From: Nitrospirota bacterium
GTDB taxonomy: Bacteria > Nitrospirota > Thermodesulfovibrionia > UBA6902
NCBI GenBank assembly: GCA_016234115.1
Contig: JACRHD010000067.1
Span: 13,875-77,874, forward strand
Reading direction: 5' to 3'
Length of the DNA: 64,000 nucleotides
Shown: positions 27,438 to 37,288 of the stretch, piece after piece
How positions within the stretch are numbered: the stretch's first letter is position 1
Layout of the letters: each line of letters starts with the position of its first letter
Notes under the pieces: generated by a model
Told to the model about the DNA's origin: nothing
What the model saw: only the letters and a program-made list of their open reading frames with translations
Database searches by the model: none
Position numbers and translations under genes: made by a program

Positions 27438-29816
27438 ATGATACCGGCGCCGTCATATAAGACATTTTTTATCGGATTAATATTTCTTGTCGTTATTCAT
27501 TCGGCTGCGATTGATCTTTCGGCATCTACAGTAACTATTTCGTGGGAGCCTCCCGTGACAAATTCGGATGGAAGTCCCCTGACGGACCTGGCAGGTTACA
27601 ATATCTATTATGGTACTGCCACCGGCAATTACAACAATTCCATAGATGTCGGAAACGTAACAACTTATCAGATCACCGGCCTAACATCGGGACTGACCTA
27701 TTATTTCGCCGCTAAAGCGTACGATACATCAGGGAATGAAAGTTTATATTCCAATGAAGTCGCCACGCTAATATCTGCTCTGCCCGCTGAAATATCAGTA
27801 GCCGATTCATCAGCGCCTTCAGGAGACCTTCAGATACCGTTTGGGAATGTAAAGGAAGGGGACTCATTAAATCATACAGTAACTTTAGGCAATACAGGCA
27901 ATGCAAATCTTGAGATTGGGAATGTAGCTGCTGCAAACACGCTTACAGCCCCGTTCAGCCTCGCAAACGATAATTGTTCAGGGCAAAGCATAGTCCCTTC
28001 AGGCAGTTGTACGTTTACAGTCAGATTTTCACCGGCGTCAGCCGGGACATTTACTGATACTTTTAATATCCCTTCCAATGATTCTGATGAGAACCCGGTA
28101 ACCGTAAGCGTAAGCGGGACAGGTTTATTAAACAATACGCCTAATGCCAACGCAGGCGGCCCCTATGCTGCAACAGAAGGCCAGGCAATAACGCTGGACG
28201 GTTCCGCATCAAGTGATTCGGACGGAAGCATTGTGCTTTACGAGTGGGATATTAACAGTGACGGGACATATGACTACACTTCTTCCACCTCGGCACGGAC
28301 CCATACTTATACTCAACAGGGCACATATACAGTAACACTCAGAGTAAAAGACGATTTTGGCAAAACGAAAACAGCTTCGGCAACGGCCATAATTGCCGAT
28401 ACTTCACCTTCAGCCGACTTCACTGCATCTCCTTCAAGCGGCACTACACCGTTAGACGTCACTTTTAACAACGGCTCCGCCGGCTATGACCAGCCCCTGA
28501 CTTATGTATGGGATTTTGACAACAACGGAACCGCCGATTCGACTGTTATAAACCCCTCATATACCTTTACCGGTCTGGGAACATATACAGTGAAACTTAC
28601 GGTTATGGATTCAGATGGAAGTACAAGAACATTGACAAGGACAAATTATATAACGGTAACTCCGTCCGCGTATCAATTGACAGTAAATGTGACAAACAGC
28701 GGAACAGTTACAAGTTCACTATTGGGGATCTCATGTCCCGGCGACTGCACAGAACAATACTCATCCGGAACAGTTATAACTCTCACTGCTGTCCCTCAGC
28801 CGGGAGAAGTGTTTGGAGGTTGGACAGGATGCAGTAACTCAACCGGCAACCAATGTACTCTAACAATGAACACCAATACTTCCGTCGCCGCGGCATTCAC
28901 TGCGAGTGCTCAAAGCCTGAGTTGTACTGATGGGGGGAGTATAAGGTGTCTCGAAAGAACCGACGGCGGCAGTGACAGAGACAATCTTGTCAGTAATAAA
29001 CCGAAGTCAGATCTGGAGTACAGGTTCCGGATAGTCCTGAAAGATCCGTCAGGCCAGGCTCCTCAGAATATTAACCTCTATATGACGCAAAGAAGTGATC
29101 CGCAGGCCTGGGAATTATATTCCTACGATATGAGCTGCAGCGGTGATTACAGCGTTGGGGCGCTATGCACATATGTAACGAAACTTGGGCCTGCTGCAGT
29201 GCATACTTTCTACTTCGAGGCGATGATGGCTGACGGGACCATTTTGAGATACCCCGACTCAGGGTATATCTCAGGGCCTGAAATCCGTCTGCTTCCAGGT
29301 TATAACCTCGTAGGAATTCCAAGAGACTCCGGCAACGGCAGTCTGACAAGTGCCACAGCATTCGGGGGGGCTGCTGCGTACAAATGGGATGCGGATTCAG
29401 GGCGTTATGTCAAGCTATCAGCTTCAGAACCTGTTTTGGAAGGTACTGGATATTATGTATCAAAACAGACCAACACCTTGCTGGAACTCAAGGAGTTTGG
29501 AGAGATAACCGATATACAATTTACTTACAAACTAAAAGCCGGATGGAATATTATAAGCAACCCATACTCCGGCAACGTGGCTTTAGCAGATATATTGGTC
29601 CGGAAAGGAAACAATGCTCCGGTAACGTGGACTGAAGCAACCGCAAATGGCTGGCTTACAAACGCTATTTATTACAATTCCAGTAAAGACTGGGGGGATA
29701 ACTATATCATTGAAACTGCCCCTGCCGCAAAGATCATTCCATGGCTGGGTTATTGGATCTACGTTGATAAGGCAGATGACACGTACTACCTTGTAATACA
29801 GAAATCTGGCATGTAA
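27438..29816 (+). CDS. Secreted multidomain protein: Fn3, choice-of-anchor-D-like, two PKD, InlB-B-repeat-like domains
   Basis: Signal peptide; Fn3 'TISWEPPVTNSDGSPLTDLAGYNIYYGT...YYFAAKAYDTSGNES'; 'NDNCSGQSIVPSGSCTFTVRFSP' choice-of-anchor-D-like; PKD 'YEWDINSDGTYDY...GTYTVTLRVKDDFG' x2; 'GISCPGDC...YSSGTVITLTAVPQPGEVFGGWTGC' B-repeat. Confidence 0.75.
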   Translation: MIPAPSYKTFFIGLIFLVVIHSAAIDLSASTVTISWEPPVTNSDGSPLTDLAGYNIYYGTATGNYNNSIDVGNVTTYQITGLTSGLTYYFAAKAYDTSGNESLYSNEVATLISALPAEISVADSSAPSGDLQIPFGNVKEGDSLNHTVTLGNTGNANLEIGNVAAANTLTAPFSLANDNCSGQSIVPSGSCTFTVRFSPASAGTFTDTFNIPSNDSDENPVTVSVSGTGLLNNTPNANAGGPYAATEGQAITLDGSASSDSDGSIVLYEWDINSDGTYDYTSSTSARTHTYTQQGTYTVTLRVKDDFGKTKTASATAIIADTSPSADFTASPSSGTTPLDVTFNNGSAGYDQPLTYVWDFDNNGTADSTVINPSYTFTGLGTYTVKLTVMDSDGSTRTLTRTNYITVTPSAYQLTVNVTNSGTVTSSLLGISCPGDCTEQYSSGTVITLTAVPQPGEVFGGWTGCSNSTGNQCTLTMNTNTSVAAAFTASAQSLSCTDGGSIRCLERTDGGSDRDNLVSNKPKSDLEYRFRIVLKDPSGQAPQNINLYMTQRSDPQAWELYSYDMSCSGDYSVGALCTYVTKLGPAAVHTFYFEAMMADGTILRYPDSGYISGPEIRLLPGYNLVGIPRDSGNGSLTSATAFGGAAAYKWDADSGRYVKLSASEPVLEGTGYYVSKQTNTLLELKEFGEITDIQFTYKLKAGWNIISNPYSGNVALADILVRKGNNAPVTWTEATANGWLTNAIYYNSSKDWGDNYIIETAPAAKIIPWLGYWIYVDKADDTYYLVIQKSGM

Positions 29817-29951
29817 GTGAGGAAATGTACATGGAAAAAAGAAAGCTGACGATATCCGAAGTCACTCAGTTGGACTGAACTTCACGATGCGTGATATTTC
29901 ATATGGAAAAGCCGGTAGCAAAAGAATCACTATCCAAACGGGGACGTCATA

Positions 29952-30923
29952 ATGCCTCATAAAATAATTTTCTTTTTTATAATATGTTGTATAATCGTGA
30001 GCATTTCAGCGGCAGTAACAGCCCAACCCCCTCCCCCTGAAGCCATAATGACAGTAACCGATTCCGCTGCTCCGGCAGACGATTCCCAAATACCGTTCAG
30101 AAGTGTTACGGTAGGCGAAATATCAAACCGCATAATAACGATTTTTAATGCAGGAGACGCCAGCCTTGTAATAGAAAATATCGACGGACTTGCAGCCCCG
30201 TTCAGGATCGTCAATGATAATTGTTCAAAGCAAAGTATAGATCCGTCAAACAGTTGTACTTTATCTGTTCGTTTTTCACCGACGGCAGAAGGAGCAATCA
30301 CCGATGCCTTCGCTATACCATCTAATGATTCTGATGAGAGTCTTCAGACGATATCCGTCAGCGGGACCGGACTTGCGGCATCCTCCAATAATCCGCCTTC
30401 TGCTCCACGACAAATTTCCCCTTCAGACAATCAAACCGGCCTGGGATCAACCGTAGAGTTCAGTTGGGAGAAATCCACTGACTCTGACGGGGAAGCTGTG
30501 ACATATGACTTATATATCTGCACGGACGATAATTTCACATTGGGTTGTATTTCCGGAGGAGAGAATATCGCCTTTTCTGGGCTTAATAAGAGCGTCTATT
30601 ATGCAGGCATGGGGGGGTATGGAGCAAGTTTACTTTTATCCGGATTAGCCGCGGCATATGTGGGCGGAAGAGTTAGAAGAAGAAACCTTCCTCTTCTGGT
30701 AGCAGTAACAGGGATTATGGTCTTGATATTTGCCTCTTGCGGCGGCGGCGGGGGCGGGGGAAGCGCTGATACTACACCGTCAGATAACACAGACCCAATC
30801 AATGAAGCCACGTACACATCATCCGGGCTTTCCGAAGCAACAACTTATTATTGGAAAATTGTTGCAAGAGACGCCATGGGAGAAGAAACAAGCAGCCGTG
30901 TTCTGAACTTTAGTACACAATAG
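29952..30923 (+). CDS. Secreted choice-of-anchor-D-like domain protein with C-terminal TM/Arg-rich segment, in-frame with a downstream lipoprotein-signal plus Fn3-fragment module
   Basis: Signal peptide; domain paralogous to 27438 ORF ('NDNCSKQSIDPSNSCTLSVRFSP', 'IPSNDSDES'); 'LLLSGLAAAYVGGRVRRRN' then 'LPLLVAVTGIMVLIFASCGGGGGGGS' and a half Fn3 module. Confidence 0.6.
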   Translation: MPHKIIFFFIICCIIVSISAAVTAQPPPPEAIMTVTDSAAPADDSQIPFRSVTVGEISNRIITIFNAGDASLVIENIDGLAAPFRIVNDNCSKQSIDPSNSCTLSVRFSPTAEGAITDAFAIPSNDSDESLQTISVSGTGLAASSNNPPSAPRQISPSDNQTGLGSTVEFSWEKSTDSDGEAVTYDLYICTDDNFTLGCISGGENIAFSGLNKSVYYAGMGGYGASLLLSGLAAAYVGGRVRRRNLPLLVAVTGIMVLIFASCGGGGGGGSADTTPSDNTDPINEATYTSSGLSEATTYYWKIVARDAMGEETSSRVLNFSTQ

Positions 30924-31138
30924 AAATAGACCAGCTTCGAGTAAAATCATGTATGAAAATCCATACATGATAAGTCAATAACACTCCTCACAACTTACAA
31001 GTCACGTCTTAACTACCTGTTAATTTTGGATTTCTTGCGCGGCATATTTATTGCTTATGCCTCTTCTTGATTGAAGTAATCTAAAAGAAAAGATTATCAT
31101 TGCGCTGAACCGGAGAACGAAAAGGAATATTAATTATC

Positions 31139-31582
31139 TTGGAGGTAGTTATGACAATATGGAAAAACATATTACTTGTCTTTCCCTCTTATATGCTGCT
31201 GATTATTCTTGCAGCATGCGGAGGTGGCGGTGGGGAAGGTATTTCTTCCGGGAGCGTCAGCAACGAAAATCCAGTGCCTGCCGTCGATGACGATTATACT
31301 AATAATTCGGACAGTCCCCCTCTTCCTAATGGCTCCTTAACACTAACATGGGATGCGCCGACTACTAACAGTGACGGCACTCCCCTATCTGACCTTGCCG
31401 GATATAAGATATATTTCGGAACTTCATCCTATAATTATTCATCAGCCATAGATGCAGGAAATGTAACTGCTTATAATATTGAAAATTTACCCTCCGGTAC
31501 ATACTATTTTGTCATAGTCGCATATGATACATCCGGTAATGAAAGCACCTTTTCAAATGAGATAAGCACAGCTTTCAACTGA
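31139..31582 (+). CDS. Fn3-domain lipoprotein (paralog of N-terminal module of 27438 ORF)
   Basis: Lipobox 'ILAACGGGGG'; 'LTLTWDAPTTNSDGTPLSDLAGYKIYFGT...YYFVIVAYDTSGNES' closely mirrors the 27438 ORF Fn3 domain. Confidence 0.7.
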   Translation: MEVVMTIWKNILLVFPSYMLLIILAACGGGGGEGISSGSVSNENPVPAVDDDYTNNSDSPPLPNGSLTLTWDAPTTNSDGTPLSDLAGYKIYFGTSSYNYSSAIDAGNVTAYNIENLPSGTYYFVIVAYDTSGNESTFSNEISTAFN

Positions 31583-31733
31583 TTTGCTTTGAGTGTTAAT
31601 TGCATTCCTGCCAGGCCCTGAATGAGGAAACAGGAGGGAATTGCTCATGATGAAGCATAACCAACAAAAAAGGCTTTTGCATAGCCACTGCAAAAGCCTT
31701 TTTGAATTAAATTGATTATGATATCGCGACTTC

Positions 31734-32399
31734 TTAATATTTCTTCATGCGTCTTGCGTAAAAAGCAACTCCAACCAGTCCCGAACCGAGGAGTACAAGT
31801 GTGCCCGGTTCAGGGACTGCTGTTGAACCACCGCTTATATCCGGAACATTAAACGGTCCGATAGAGCCGATGCCGGGGCCCTGCAATATATACTTCTGCG
31901 ACCATGACGTATTTGCCCCCTGAGCCTCATCCCACTCCCAGTCACCACTTTCTCCAGCCAGGGAGGCGCTACCGTAATAGTACATGCTTGATGATAGCAG
32001 TTTGAAATTAACGTCTATAATAATGGGATCATTTGTAGAATTAATCAATGTGCTGCCCCCGCTTACTTCCCATCTTATCGTACCATCCGATGTAGTTTCA
32101 TTGAAGATAGCTGTTGACCATCCGCTGGATGGATTGACTATAGTAAAGTCAGATGCATCCAATACACTCAGATCAAATATATCTCCTTCGAATGCAAGTG
32201 CCAGAAGGTTGACATCGATCCCATCCGTCAGAATATCGAATGTATATCTCGCAGTGCCTTCCAAGGTTGTGGGATTCCATGTCCCCTGGAAATCAGGATT
32301 GACCCATCCCAATGAATTAAACGGCACAGCATGTCCTTTACCCGGCAGTACAAGAAATAGGCAAACCAGCATGACTGAAAATACTTTTGCGAATTTCAT
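31734..32399 (-). CDS. PEP-CTERM sorting-domain protein (exosortase substrate)
   Basis: N-terminal signal peptide; C-terminal 'VPEPGTLVLLGSGLVGVAFYARRMKKY' is a textbook PEP-CTERM (PEP motif, TM helix, basic tail). Confidence 0.85.
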   Translation of the reverse strand: MKFAKVFSVMLVCLFLVLPGKGHAVPFNSLGWVNPDFQGTWNPTTLEGTARYTFDILTDGIDVNLLALAFEGDIFDLSVLDASDFTIVNPSSGWSTAIFNETTSDGTIRWEVSGGSTLINSTNDPIIIDVNFKLLSSSMYYYGSASLAGESGDWEWDEAQGANTSWSQKYILQGPGIGSIGPFNVPDISGGSTAVPEPGTLVLLGSGLVGVAFYARRMKKY

Positions 32400-32752
32400 C
32401 TTTAATCTCCTTTAGTTATATTTTAATCTGAATTGACGCTTAGTTATTTCAGGAATATATTATAGCAATATTGCAATATCTATGCCTATTCCCTATCGGG
32501 CACCTTAACATATTGATTAAATATAATATTAATGCAAATTCGTCATTATGAAAATTAATACAGATTATCTGATTATGTAAACCATACCGACATATATTAA
32601 CATGAAAGGAATGAATAGCAAGAAGCTGCGATCAGCCAATATTGAATAACCACTTAATTATACGAGGTTTTTTTAATATTGAAATACATCTCTTCAGAGA
32701 TGTAAAGATTAGAAACTCAAGTAAGAAAATCCGACACTTTTTAGCTAAGACT

Positions 32753-33379
32753 TCATTCCGGCAGGTATTCTTTGAGAAGCGGGAGAAGGTCATTCATGGC
32801 ATCTTCAATTATATATACGGCGTCTTCTGTGTTTTTATTGACTGGAGACGAGAATCTTATAAACGCGGCGTCATTTCTACCATACCTCAACGAATTCAAT
32901 ATCATATGTAATTTCAAGACATAGTCGTTGGTAATAAATGCATCTTTCATTTTATACCAGTAAATAAACACTTCCCTCTCCGTACCTTTCTGGTAAATGG
33001 CCTCGGTAAAATCTATTTTACCTATGCCCTCAATATTAAGACTCCTTGTTTTTTCAGAAAGCCTGAACCACCCCCCACCGGGCAAACAATGTTTCGGCGA
33101 ATGAATCTGCGCGCCTTCCTTCTGAGCAGCATAATACCCTATGTAAAGGTTTATTATATTATCTCCTTTTTTATATTCTCTCGACGTGTACTCGCTCACT
33201 CTAAGCTTATCAAGCACCGCCTCGTCAAAATAATATGTCTTCCCTGTCCAGCCCTTCCACTGAAGCGGAAATTCGCCAAATGGTTTCTTCAAGGGAACTA
33301 CTTCATGGAACGGGAATACCTTTATATACAGGGCAAATATAAGAACCACGGCCGATACAATGAGTAATCTTTTGTTCAT
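32753..33379 (-). CDS. epsI: EpsI-family exosortase-associated protein
   Basis: 'IHSPKHCLPGGGW' conserved EpsI motif; N-terminal TM; start overlaps exosortase stop (ATGA). Confidence 0.8.
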   Translation of the reverse strand: MNKRLLIVSAVVLIFALYIKVFPFHEVVPLKKPFGEFPLQWKGWTGKTYYFDEAVLDKLRVSEYTSREYKKGDNIINLYIGYYAAQKEGAQIHSPKHCLPGGGWFRLSEKTRSLNIEGIGKIDFTEAIYQKGTEREVFIYWYKMKDAFITNDYVLKLHMILNSLRYGRNDAAFIRFSSPVNKNTEDAVYIIEDAMNDLLPLLKEYLPE

Positions 33380-34215
33380 AAGCTATTTTTTTTTATTTTC
33401 CCTAAGGCAATTGCCGATAGAATCAGCAAAATGATCGCGACTCCGAATATCAGGAGACCGGCGAATTCATGAAAAAATCCTTCTGCAACTGCCGCGCCGT
33501 ATTCATCGGCAAGAATACCAGTGCCTATGACCCTGACCGCGTTTACAAACACGGCGATAGGGACCGCGAGAAATATAAGTATCGATTTTTTTATCCATCC
33601 CTGCTGGGTCAAATATGCAATCGCAGTCGACAGGGCGACTAATGAAATAATAGACCTTATCCCGCTGCAAGCATCAGCAACCTCAAGCGTCGTGCCCGCA
33701 AGATGGATAATATTGCCTTCCCGCAAAACAAGGATGCCGATCAAGGACAGAAATTCTACCGAGAACCTTGATACAAGGAGTTTCAAGGGAAATGCGACGG
33801 AGTCATAAAGCAGATAGGGAAGCGGAATCATGAATATTAGATAAAAGAATGGGAAAGAGACGGCCTTAAAGAAGCTTAGGCCCGACGAAAATATCACCGC
33901 GCCTGCAAGCACAATAAGCATCGAAAGTCTCATCGTAAATGATTCCCCTGACAGGTTGCCTATCAGATAGATTCCAAGACCTGAGAACAATATGAAAAGA
34001 CCCCAATTCGATGGATTTATAACAACCGTTCTTATATTGTCTTTTCTCTGCCAAAGCAAGTAACCGGATATTAAAGGTATCAGAAAACCGTGGGAGTAAT
34101 TCTCGTCATTGTACCAGTCCATTACCACACTGTAAGCATCCTTCCAGTACAAAAAACCGAATGAGAATATAAAAACTATTACAGGTGTAATATAGATGCC
34201 CTTATATCTTTTCAT
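33376..34215 (-). CDS. xrt: Exosortase (XrtA/EpsH-like)
   Basis: 'DENYSHGFLIPL' N-terminal motif, polytopic membrane layout, active-site 'ACSGIRS' Cys and downstream conserved Arg region; adjacent EpsI and PEP-CTERM protein. Confidence 0.85.
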   Translation of the reverse strand: MKRYKGIYITPVIVFIFSFGFLYWKDAYSVVMDWYNDENYSHGFLIPLISGYLLWQRKDNIRTVVINPSNWGLFILFSGLGIYLIGNLSGESFTMRLSMLIVLAGAVIFSSGLSFFKAVSFPFFYLIFMIPLPYLLYDSVAFPLKLLVSRFSVEFLSLIGILVLREGNIIHLAGTTLEVADACSGIRSIISLVALSTAIAYLTQQGWIKKSILIFLAVPIAVFVNAVRVIGTGILADEYGAAVAEGFFHEFAGLLIFGVAIILLILSAIALGKIKKNSL

Positions 34216-34464
34216 AAAGAAGACCCATAACAGTCAGGCAATAATTAATTTCTTCGTTTTCTTTCATGATGCGATTATTATCATAATTATCGGCAATAAA
34301 CATATATGAGTAAAATAGTCAAAGAAGAAATCACTTGATAACAGGAGTAGAAGTCTTCAGGAAAATGTATTTCAACTCTATTCTTAAGTCTTTCTGGGAT
34401 AGCGGTTCAAGGGTCTCTCCCTCGCCAAATATCTGATGCAGCGCAAGTCATATTTGCCGGACTT

Positions 34465-37251
34465 TTAATTGGCAAGCATCTCAATCAAAGTATTTCTGAA
34501 ATTCTCCATTCTATAAGTATCGACATTCTGAAAGACGACTGTCTCAATGCTGTCAATATGATCCTTCGATTTCTCCCTGGAAAAGGCTCTATAAAAGAAA
34601 TCGCGGACCTGCTCATGCTTATAGCCCTTTTTCTTCTCCAGCATGGATAGAAGTTCAACATTTTGCTGACATCTCCGCAGTGCTTTGACACGAAGACTGA
34701 CTACCCACCCGGCATATCCGGCACTATCGGAACCGACAATCAGGGCATTCTTATCAGGGGTTGTAAAAGCGCTTGGCCCACCCTGGCTCTGCCACGGCAA
34801 TACGCCGTCAGCTCCCTCAATATACGCGCCCATGCACCACATAGCAGTCTGCTGATTAGACGCCTCAATATCATTGAGAGAGCCATAAACTGAAAAACTG
34901 ATTTGTCCGTCTTTTTTCAGTTGACGGATCCGGTTTGAATATTCAAAGAACACCTTGTCCTGCACATACATCCTGTCCAGGATTCCACTCATCCAGTCAT
35001 GCTGCCATTGAGGTCTTGAGATATCGGCCCTGAAAATAAAGTTTGATCGCGTCCCTTCTGTCGCCTGTTTAAAGAGTGAACCATAAAACCTCAGTGACAT
35101 CCAGTCGTCATATGACACCGGTTCATCCAGGTCCCACCATGATGAAGCCCCGTCCCAATCCCATGTATTATTGAGATAAAACTGAAACTCAGTTTGATTC
35201 CACTCTTTTGCTTCAAAATGTTTGATAAATTCTCTTAGTATCCGAAGAAACCTGTTCTTATATTCAGTTGTTAGTGCCTCATTCAAAGAGACAGAATCCA
35301 TTGCGTGCCGTGAGATTATTTCCTGTGTCTTCTTCCCGGTAAACTCATATTTATAATTAGGAGCCAATTGAGACGGCCAATTTTCAAAAAAAGGGAGATA
35401 GAACTTTTCCACCGGGACCCCTTTTCGTCCTTCTTTTGAAAAAGCGCTGCCGTCAAACAGAGGCCCGAGCCGTCGGTCATAATCCTCCCACTCGATCCTG
35501 ACCGGACCGTTTTCCGGGAAAGATATTGTCGGGACCATGTCTTCATGGACTTTACCGTCTTGCGAATATGGAACCCTGTTAATAACGGCCCTGTGTTCGT
35601 GCGCTATTCGATGGGCCTGAAAAAACTTTTCCGTACCTGCCTTTCCAGGGCCGTCATACATATTAAGTTCAGGAACAAAGGAAAGTTTTTGAGGCATCGA
35701 TATATCTTTCACATTGAGATTTAAAACAAGCGATTCCCTTAATTCACCTTTGTTATAAACATTGATTTTCCCTCTGTACAATCCGGCTGTTGTCTCAGAT
35801 GGAATATTAAAATCAATATATATAAGCTGGTTCTGACGGGCCCCGATAGATGTTTGAAATAATTTCATATTCAGTTTCCCATCGTGCAAAGGAATTACAT
35901 ACTCCGGATACCACTTATCCCTGATTCTCAGATAATGCGCCTGGAACAAACTTAAATTGTCAGAGGGTATTATTGTACCTTTTTTATCTTCTAATGGAGT
36001 CAACCTGATTTCGGTGTCTTCGAAGACCCCGCCTTCCGCTTCGATGCATAGTTGAAATCCGATAATCTCTCCCCTTATTCCAACGAGGGTAATCTGCTTT
36101 GCATATCCCGACCATACAGGATTTATCCTGTCGAATCCCTCAACATTCTCTTCCGAAAGTATGTCCCCTGAAACAGGATCGATCTTGGTCACGTCAGGCA
36201 TTGCCCATACCCTGAAATGCCGCGGCGCCTCGTTAAGCTCTTCTTTAACATAACGGGGCGCGGGCGCGTATCCGCGGAAAGCTATTCTTTCTAAATGCCC
36301 TGACGCAAAACCTTTTACAAATGCAGGCTCTGATCTCTGACCTAACTCATCTACGACGCTTATTTTAATGTTTACCTCTTTTCCGGGAGGCAGCCAATCC
36401 AATACTATTTCCTGCAGGTTGCCTTTCCGAACCGGTCGTGGAATTCTCCAGAGAGGAGCCTCTTCATCATTAATCGATATGTCAAAAGCAAAAATATCTT
36501 CTTTGACCGGCAGATGCAGGGCTACAGCCCCATATTCCATATGCGCATCGGCAGGCGACGAAGACATTTTAACATACGGTGTAAACGGTCTCTTCTTTGT
36601 AATGTCCGAGCAGATAATCATAATATAAGGCGGGTAATCTGATTCTCTTGAGAATACGAAGTTGTTGGCAAAGGTCTGACCCGACTCATCCATAACAAGG
36701 AGACCGTGAGATTTACCCGTTATCATCGCATACACCAGTTCTGACGCAATGTCGACATACCACCAGCCGTCTTTTTCCCTGATCAATTCAGTATGGTGCT
36801 GCCAAGTGCTGCCCCTGCCCATTGTTACATCCGTCAGATCGGAACCCTGGCCCGCCCACCTCTGCTTCTTGTAACTGGAATAAAGAAACGTCGCTCCCTT
36901 CCCAAGAATATCAACAAAATAGCCTCTGGATTTCCCTTCCACCCATGGAGAAGCAACTGTAGATATCCCGATTTTTCGAAGCATATTATTTTCACTTGCA
37001 TTCCTGAGATACAATCTGGCGGATTCTATCTTTTTTCCCTTCAGTGACGACAAATCAAAATCAAGTATTGCCATTTCCTGAATCCCCTTGAGTTTCAGTT
37101 CATCCGAGGCCCCCATATTGTAATTTTCTTCACCAGGATAAGCAGATACCCAGACATCCCGAGTCGCGTTGAATCTAAAGTGTTCCGCCCCGACGCAGGG
37201 TGTAGAAATGAAAATAATGACAAGGATGATTTTAGCCGAATTCAGCGTCAA
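34465..37251 (-). CDS. Large secreted protein of unknown function (928 aa)
   Basis: Signal peptide 'IILVIIFISTPCVGA'; long ORF in the glycan island; no family recognised. Confidence 0.5.
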   Translation of the reverse strand: MTLNSAKIILVIIFISTPCVGAEHFRFNATRDVWVSAYPGEENYNMGASDELKLKGIQEMAILDFDLSSLKGKKIESARLYLRNASENNMLRKIGISTVASPWVEGKSRGYFVDILGKGATFLYSSYKKQRWAGQGSDLTDVTMGRGSTWQHHTELIREKDGWWYVDIASELVYAMITGKSHGLLVMDESGQTFANNFVFSRESDYPPYIMIICSDITKKRPFTPYVKMSSSPADAHMEYGAVALHLPVKEDIFAFDISINDEEAPLWRIPRPVRKGNLQEIVLDWLPPGKEVNIKISVVDELGQRSEPAFVKGFASGHLERIAFRGYAPAPRYVKEELNEAPRHFRVWAMPDVTKIDPVSGDILSEENVEGFDRINPVWSGYAKQITLVGIRGEIIGFQLCIEAEGGVFEDTEIRLTPLEDKKGTIIPSDNLSLFQAHYLRIRDKWYPEYVIPLHDGKLNMKLFQTSIGARQNQLIYIDFNIPSETTAGLYRGKINVYNKGELRESLVLNLNVKDISMPQKLSFVPELNMYDGPGKAGTEKFFQAHRIAHEHRAVINRVPYSQDGKVHEDMVPTISFPENGPVRIEWEDYDRRLGPLFDGSAFSKEGRKGVPVEKFYLPFFENWPSQLAPNYKYEFTGKKTQEIISRHAMDSVSLNEALTTEYKNRFLRILREFIKHFEAKEWNQTEFQFYLNNTWDWDGASSWWDLDEPVSYDDWMSLRFYGSLFKQATEGTRSNFIFRADISRPQWQHDWMSGILDRMYVQDKVFFEYSNRIRQLKKDGQISFSVYGSLNDIEASNQQTAMWCMGAYIEGADGVLPWQSQGGPSAFTTPDKNALIVGSDSAGYAGWVVSLRVKALRRCQQNVELLSMLEKKKGYKHEQVRDFFYRAFSREKSKDHIDSIETVVFQNVDTYRMENFRNTLIEMLAN

Positions 37252-37288
37252 GGGACGGGTACAAACAAGCCTAAGGCAAGATAATATT

